IMG/VR virus record: IMGVR_UViG_3300036782_000036
Span: 1-34,520 of that record
Source of the DNA: a virus
Reading direction: 5' to 3' (one strand)
DNA length: 34,520 nucleotides
The position numbers were made by a program, and so were the translations under genes. Below are positions 29,901 through 34,520 of the stretch, piece after piece. A model generated the notes under the pieces. It ran no database searches. It was not told the origin of the DNA and worked only from the letters and a program-made list of their open reading frames with translations. Positions within the stretch are counted from its first letter, which is position 1, and each line of letters starts with the position of its first letter.

Positions 29901-31913
29901 GTGGGTTTTCTGCGCAGCGCGCTGTCCGGCCTGGCCACCCCGGAGAAGTGGGTGGAGGACTGGATGCGCGGCGGGTCGATGAACTCGGCCGGGGTCCGTG
30001 TGGACCAGGACACCGCCCTGACCTACAGCCCGTTCTTCGCCGGCGTGCGGGTGCTGTCGGAGGACCTGGCCGGCCTGCCGCTGTTCCTCTACGAGCGGCT
30101 CGCCCCGCGCGGCAAGCAGCGCGCCACCAGCCACCCGCTGTACGCGCTGCTGCACGACCAGCCCAACGACATGATGAGCTCGGCGTGGCTGCGCGAGGTA
30201 CTGACCAGCCACGCGATCACGTGGGGCAACGGCATCGCACACGTCGTCTCCCACCCCCGTACCGGCGTCATCGAGGAGATCTGGCCGCTGCGCCCCGACC
30301 GGGTCACCATCGGCGTGAAGCGGACAGGGCCCGGCCGCTTCGAACGCCGCTACCGCTACGACGACGACGTCAACGGGATCCACACCGTCCTGCTGCCGCA
30401 CGAGGTCCTACACGTCTCCGGCCTCGGCTACGACGGAGTGCAGGGATACCCGATCGTCGAGCTCGCCGCCAACTCCATCGGCCTCGGCCTGGCCACCGAG
30501 CACCACGGCGCCAAGGTGTTCTCCAACGGCGCGGCCCCGGGCGGCGCGCTGTCCCACCCGGGCAACCTGTCCCCCGAGGCGCGGCGCCGGATGGCGGACG
30601 ACTGGGAGAACATCCACCGGGGCATCGACCGCGCGCACCGGGTGGCGATCCTGGAGGAGGGCGTCACCTTCCAACAGGTCGGCGTGCCCAACGACTCCGC
30701 GCAGTTCCTGGAGACCCGCAAGCTGCAGGTCACCGAGATGTCGAGATGGCTGCGGCTGCCGCCGCACAAGATCGGCGACCTGGACCGGGCCACGTTCTCC
30801 AACATCGAGCAGCAACAGCTCGACTACGTGTCGTCCGCACTGAACGTGTGGCTGGTCCGGTGGGAGCAGGGGATCCTCACCCAGCTCCTGTTGCGCGAGG
30901 AGCGGCAGAAGTACTACGCCGAGTTCCTCGTCGACTCGCTGCTCCGTGGCGACACCGCCGCCCGCTACGCCGCCTACGCGATCGGCCGCCAGTGGGGATG
31001 GCTGTCCGCCAACGACGTCCGCGACCGGGAGAACATGAACCCCGTCCCGGGCGGCGACGACTACCTCGTCCCGCTCAACATGGTGCCCGCCGGCCGCAGC
31101 GCCCCCGCCCTTCAGACCGCGGCCGCCGCCCGCGTCTCGCGGATGGCGCGGCTGCTCGCCGGACGCCAGGCCGTGCGGGAATCCCTCGCCGAACGGTGGG
31201 GGACGAAGATCCAGGAGTCCGACCAAGAGGTAGCCGACCTCGAGGCGAAAAAGGTCGCCGCCCTGGTCGCCGAGCACCTGACCCCCGAGCGCGGCCGGCA
31301 CCGTTCGCTGGCCGGATTCCTCGCCGCACTGCGGCTGCTGTACGCCGACGACGGCCCGATCATGGAGCGGCTCTCGGAACTGTGGGTCCCGCTCATGACA
31401 GCGTTCGCCGACGACGTCGCCGTCCAGGCCGCCGAGGAGGTCGCCCACGAGGACACCGTCGACCTGTCCGTGTGGGCGCAGGCCTACGCCCTCTCGCACG
31501 CCCAGTACCAGGTGTCCTCCTCCTACGGCCAGCTGCGGAACGTGGTCGACAAGACCGAGGGCACGCCCGAGGACATCGCCGAGGCGGTCGTCGAGCGGCT
31601 CGCGAAATGGCAGGCCGAGCGCCCGGAGCAGACCGCGCGCTGGGAGTCGGCGCAGCTGCCGAACGCCGCGGCCCGCGAGACGTGGAAAGAGGCCGGCGTC
31701 AGCAAGGTGCAGTGGGTGGCGCGCGGGTCGAAGAACTGCCCGTACTGCCAGCGCCTCGACGGCGCGGTCCGGGAGATCGAGGCCCCGTTCGTCGCCAAGG
31801 GCGAGGAAGTCGAGGGCGAGGCCGAGGGCGAGACCCTCACCGCCAAGCGCGACACGTTCCATCCGCCCGTCCACCCCGGCTGTGACTGCCAGGTCGTGCC
31901 GGTCATCGAGTGA
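29901..31913 (+). CDS. Portal protein (HK97 family) fused to a C-terminal MuF/SPP1 gp7-like head-morphogenesis domain (670 aa)
   Basis: GTG after GAAGGGAGG. Portal-type core through about aa 400. The C-terminus NCPYCQRLDG.....FHPPVHPGCDCQVVPV is the MuF-family signature. Confidence 0.88.
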   Translation: MGFLRSALSGLATPEKWVEDWMRGGSMNSAGVRVDQDTALTYSPFFAGVRVLSEDLAGLPLFLYERLAPRGKQRATSHPLYALLHDQPNDMMSSAWLREVLTSHAITWGNGIAHVVSHPRTGVIEEIWPLRPDRVTIGVKRTGPGRFERRYRYDDDVNGIHTVLLPHEVLHVSGLGYDGVQGYPIVELAANSIGLGLATEHHGAKVFSNGAAPGGALSHPGNLSPEARRRMADDWENIHRGIDRAHRVAILEEGVTFQQVGVPNDSAQFLETRKLQVTEMSRWLRLPPHKIGDLDRATFSNIEQQQLDYVSSALNVWLVRWEQGILTQLLLREERQKYYAEFLVDSLLRGDTAARYAAYAIGRQWGWLSANDVRDRENMNPVPGGDDYLVPLNMVPAGRSAPALQTAAAARVSRMARLLAGRQAVRESLAERWGTKIQESDQEVADLEAKKVAALVAEHLTPERGRHRSLAGFLAALRLLYADDGPIMERLSELWVPLMTAFADDVAVQAAEEVAHEDTVDLSVWAQAYALSHAQYQVSSSYGQLRNVVDKTEGTPEDIAEAVVERLAKWQAERPEQTARWESAQLPNAAARETWKEAGVSKVQWVARGSKNCPYCQRLDGAVREIEAPFVAKGEEVEGEAEGETLTAKRDTFHPPVHPGCDCQVVPVIE

Positions 31914-31925
31914 GAGGAGGAGCAG

Positions 31926-32645
31926 ATGAAGGGACAGCGCCACTACCTGCGCGGCTACGTCCAGCGCGCCGACGGCGATACGGCGGGCAAGCCGCTGACG
32001 ATCATCGCCGCGACCGAGGGCCGCAAGGGCGACGGCCTCAACCTGACCATGAAGGGCGCCGAGCTCGGCCGGTTCGAGGCCAACCCGGTCGTCGGCTACG
32101 GCCATTCCTACTGGGGCCGTGACGGCCTGCCGATCGGCCGGTCCGACCGGACGTGGATCGACGGCGACAAGCTCCGCATGGACATCGTGTTCGACCAGGA
32201 CGACCCCTTCGCCGTCACCGTCGAGCGCAAGTACCGGGCCCGGATGATGAACGCGTTCTCCATCGGGTTCGACGTCTGGAACATCGACGACTCCGGCACC
32301 CCGGAGGGCTGGGAGCTGTTCGAAGTCTCCGCCGTCCCCCTGCCGATGGACCCCAACGCGATCGTCGAGTCGGGCCGCAGCGCCCTCGACCTCGCCCGCG
32401 GGCTCGACGTCCGCGCCGCCCCGGACGAGACCGTGCAGGCCGTCCTGTCCCGGCTCGCCGAGCTCGACGCCGCCGGCGCCCGGGCCGGCGCGGTGCTGTC
32501 GAAGAAGAACAAGGGCCTCGTCTCCGCCGCGCGCGACGCGCTCACCGAACTGCTGGACGCGGCCGGCGGCACCGCCGAGGACGACGAGGAGCGCACCGCC
32601 CCGCTCGTCGACCAGACCCGCCTGCTCCGGCTCGCCGGACTCTGA
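31926..32645 (+). CDS. Prohead serine protease (HK97 / S78 family), probably with a C-terminal scaffold-like helix
   Basis: Motifs GYGHSYW and NAFSIGF match the conserved His/Ser regions. It lies between the portal and capsid genes. Confidence 0.88.
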   Translation: MKGQRHYLRGYVQRADGDTAGKPLTIIAATEGRKGDGLNLTMKGAELGRFEANPVVGYGHSYWGRDGLPIGRSDRTWIDGDKLRMDIVFDQDDPFAVTVERKYRARMMNAFSIGFDVWNIDDSGTPEGWELFEVSAVPLPMDPNAIVESGRSALDLARGLDVRAAPDETVQAVLSRLAELDAAGARAGAVLSKKNKGLVSAARDALTELLDAAGGTAEDDEERTAPLVDQTRLLRLAGL

Positions 32646-32701
32646 TCCCCCGCGCCGCGCAGCCGCGCGGGGCACCCACACCCACCGAGAGGGAAAACCC
32701 G

Positions 32702-33931
32702 ATGGCCAACATCCGGGAGCTGCGCACCAAGCGCACCAAGCTCGGCGCCGACGCCCGAGCGATCATGCAGACCGCCGAGGCCGAGGGCCGCTCCATGACG
32801 CCCGAGGAGGAGGTGCGGTTCGACAAGCTGATGGACGAGCGCGACGGCGTGGACCGCACCATCGCACGGGCCGAGAAGCTCGAGGAGGACGAGCGCGACG
32901 AGGCCGCGCTCGAAGACCTGGAGCGCGGCGGCACCCGCGGCGGCGACGAGGCCATGGGCGCGCTGCGCGCCTACCTCCTCGGCGGCCGGTCCGTCCTGAC
33001 CGAGCGCCAGGCCCGCGCCCTCAACGCCGGCCACGACCCCGAGGGCGGGTTCCTCGTCGCCCCGCAGCAGTTCGTCCAGGACCTGCTGAGGAACGTCGAC
33101 GACATGGTTGCGCTGCGCGGCCTGGCCACCGTGCACCAGCTCATCCAGGCCGAGTCGCTCGGCGTGCCCACGCTGGACACCGACCTGAACGACGCCGACT
33201 GGACGAGCGAGCTCGGCACCGGCAGCCAGGACGACAGCATGCGGTTCGGCAAGCGCGAGCTGCGCCCGCACCCGCTGGCCAAGCGTGTGAAGGTCAGCCG
33301 CAAGCTGATGCGCGCCTCGACGACCAACCCTGAGACCCTGGTGCGCGAGCGGATGGCGTACAAGTTCGGGGTCACCGCCGAGAAGGCCTACATGATCGGC
33401 GACGGCAACCAGAAGCCGCTGGGCCTGTTCACCCCGAACGCCGACGGCATCCCCACCACGCGGGACGTCGACATCTCCACCTCCGGCACCGGCCTGGTGA
33501 ACGTCGCTGCGGGCAACGCCGCGGACGACCTGATCACCGCCAAGTACGCGCTCAAGGGCGCGTACCACCGCCGCGCGCAGTGGCTTTTCCACCGCCTGGT
33601 GCTTGCGTCCGTGCGCAAGCTCAAGGACGGCGACGGCAACTACATCTGGCGCGCCGGCCTGGCCGACGGCGAGCCGGACAAGATCCTCGACCTGCCCTAC
33701 ATCATGAGCGAGTTCGCCCCCTCGACGTTCGGCGACGGGGACTACGTCGGCATCCTCGGCGACTTCTCTTACTACTGGATCGCCGAGTCCCTGGCGTTCG
33801 AGGTGCAGCGCCTGAACGAGCTGTACGCCGAGACGAATCAGGTCGGGTTCATCGGCCGCCAGGAGTCCGACGGCATGCCCGTTCTGGCCGAGGCGTTCGT
33901 GCGCCTGCAGGCCAACGACGTCGTGCCGTAA
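32702..33931 (+). CDS. Major capsid protein (HK97 fold) with an N-terminal coiled delta domain
   Basis: The N-terminal 90 aa are charged and helical (delta domain). The HK97-like core includes GGFLVAPQQF. Confidence 0.92.
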   Translation: MANIRELRTKRTKLGADARAIMQTAEAEGRSMTPEEEVRFDKLMDERDGVDRTIARAEKLEEDERDEAALEDLERGGTRGGDEAMGALRAYLLGGRSVLTERQARALNAGHDPEGGFLVAPQQFVQDLLRNVDDMVALRGLATVHQLIQAESLGVPTLDTDLNDADWTSELGTGSQDDSMRFGKRELRPHPLAKRVKVSRKLMRASTTNPETLVRERMAYKFGVTAEKAYMIGDGNQKPLGLFTPNADGIPTTRDVDISTSGTGLVNVAAGNAADDLITAKYALKGAYHRRAQWLFHRLVLASVRKLKDGDGNYIWRAGLADGEPDKILDLPYIMSEFAPSTFGDGDYVGILGDFSYYWIAESLAFEVQRLNELYAETNQVGFIGRQESDGMPVLAEAFVRLQANDVVP

Positions 33932-33978
33932 CCCCCGGCCCGTCCAGCGCAGGCCCACACCAGACAGGAGCAGCACTC

Positions 33979-34350
33979 ATGCGCACCGACATCAAGAACA
34001 GCCTCGACGTCGCCGCCACCCTGGCGCCGGCCGCGCGGGTCGCCGCCGCGACCGGGACCGGGGTGGACCTGGCGAACTACGACGCGGCCGCCGTGGTCAT
34101 CACGACCGGCGTGGTGGCCAACGGCGCGTTCTCCATCGAGGTCCAGGAGTCCGACACCCTCGGCTCCGGCTACACCCCGGTGGCCAATGCCGACCTCGAC
34201 GGCACCGAGCCGGTCACCCTGACCGCGTCCACGACCATCGTCATCGGCTACCACGGCATCAAGCGGTACATCCGCGCCGTTTCCACTGGCACCGCCGACG
34301 CCTCGTTCGGCGTGACCGTCATCCGGGGCAAGGGCCGCACCAAGCCCTGA
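33979..34350 (+). CDS. Hypothetical head protein (123 aa; possible decoration/cement protein)
   Basis: ATG after CAGGAG. It lies directly downstream of the capsid gene. High GC3. The ORF-track start at 33580 overlaps the capsid gene and is spurious. Confidence 0.65.
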   Translation: MRTDIKNSLDVAATLAPAARVAAATGTGVDLANYDAAAVVITTGVVANGAFSIEVQESDTLGSGYTPVANADLDGTEPVTLTASTTIVIGYHGIKRYIRAVSTGTADASFGVTVIRGKGRTKP

Positions 34351-34393
34351 CCCCACCCACCCCGCACGGCCGCCCGGGCCCCGCCACAACGGC

Positions 34394-34520
34394 GGGGCCC
34401 GGCCGCGTCCCGGAGAGCAGGAGGACCACCATGCGAGTCGAGATGCTGCGGCTCATGGCCAACCCCACGTACGGCAACCAGCCCGAGGGCGCCATCGTCG
34501 ACATGGACCCGGCCGACGCC
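34394..34520. repeat. Terminal direct repeat, right copy (identical to 1-127)
   Basis: Exact 127-nt match to the window start. Confidence 0.95.

Noticed and set aside
1-34520. Diversity-generating retroelement, retron or other reverse-transcriptase system near the tail fibre genes. Also toxin-antitoxin pairs of known families, and integrase-flanking att direct repeats indicating an integrated prophage.
   Set aside because: No ORF has reverse-transcriptase motifs (YxDD), and I saw no template/variable repeat pair near 8401-8886. I saw no recognisable toxin fold. The only long direct repeat is the 127-bp end overlap, which lies inside a coding region and far from int.
1-34520. In-frame TTA (bldA-dependent) codons as a developmental control signal.
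   Set aside because: The TTA trinucleotides I checked by eye (near 5400, 7580, 15557, 16455 and 18075) are out of frame or intergenic. I did not scan exhaustively, so this is a weak negative.

Overview
The window looks like one complete, circularly closed genome of a very GC-rich temperate siphovirus-type phage. The host is probably Streptomyces-like (inferred from composition, frequent GTG/TTG starts and the protein families; no search was run). Bases 1-127 are identical to 34394-34520, so the unique length is 34,393 bp and the first gene (38..394) restarts at 34431.

Gene order:
- 38-8886: head-tail connector genes, a tail chaperone pair with a canonical -1 frameshift, tape measure, and tail-tip proteins.
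- 9230-10844: lysis cassette (amidase endolysin plus two membrane proteins), followed by a strong terminator.
- 10.85-15.7 kb: accessory/regulatory island.
- 15687-17290: tyrosine integrase and an attP region containing a tRNA 3'-end mimic.
- 17298-18363: divergent repressor/Cro-like switch with repeated CTCCAA/TTGGAG operators, plus an Xis-like gene.
- 18.4-25.4 kb: about 20 small, translationally coupled early genes. One is an initiator-like gene with five DNA iterons inside it.
- 25.5-34.35 kb: DNA methyltransferase, HNH endonuclease, TerS, TerL, a portal-MuF fusion, HK97-type protease and major capsid protein.

Almost all real genes are on the + strand. The long minus-strand and alternate-frame ORFs are high-GC artefacts.

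The most unusual part is the accessory island. It holds an HTH plus helical-repeat, receptor-like protein insulated by terminators, and a chain of Cys-rich micro-ORFs ending in a 27-aa membrane peptide. It also holds a LuxR-type regulator transcribed divergently from a 56-codon gene that is absent from the ORF track. That gene encodes a Sec-secreted peptide with two DPGWG motifs. I read this as a candidate peptide-signalling (arbitrium/RRNPP-like) module, or a lysogen-expressed defence module; this is a hypothesis.

All functional calls come from motif recognition by eye. No database search was possible.
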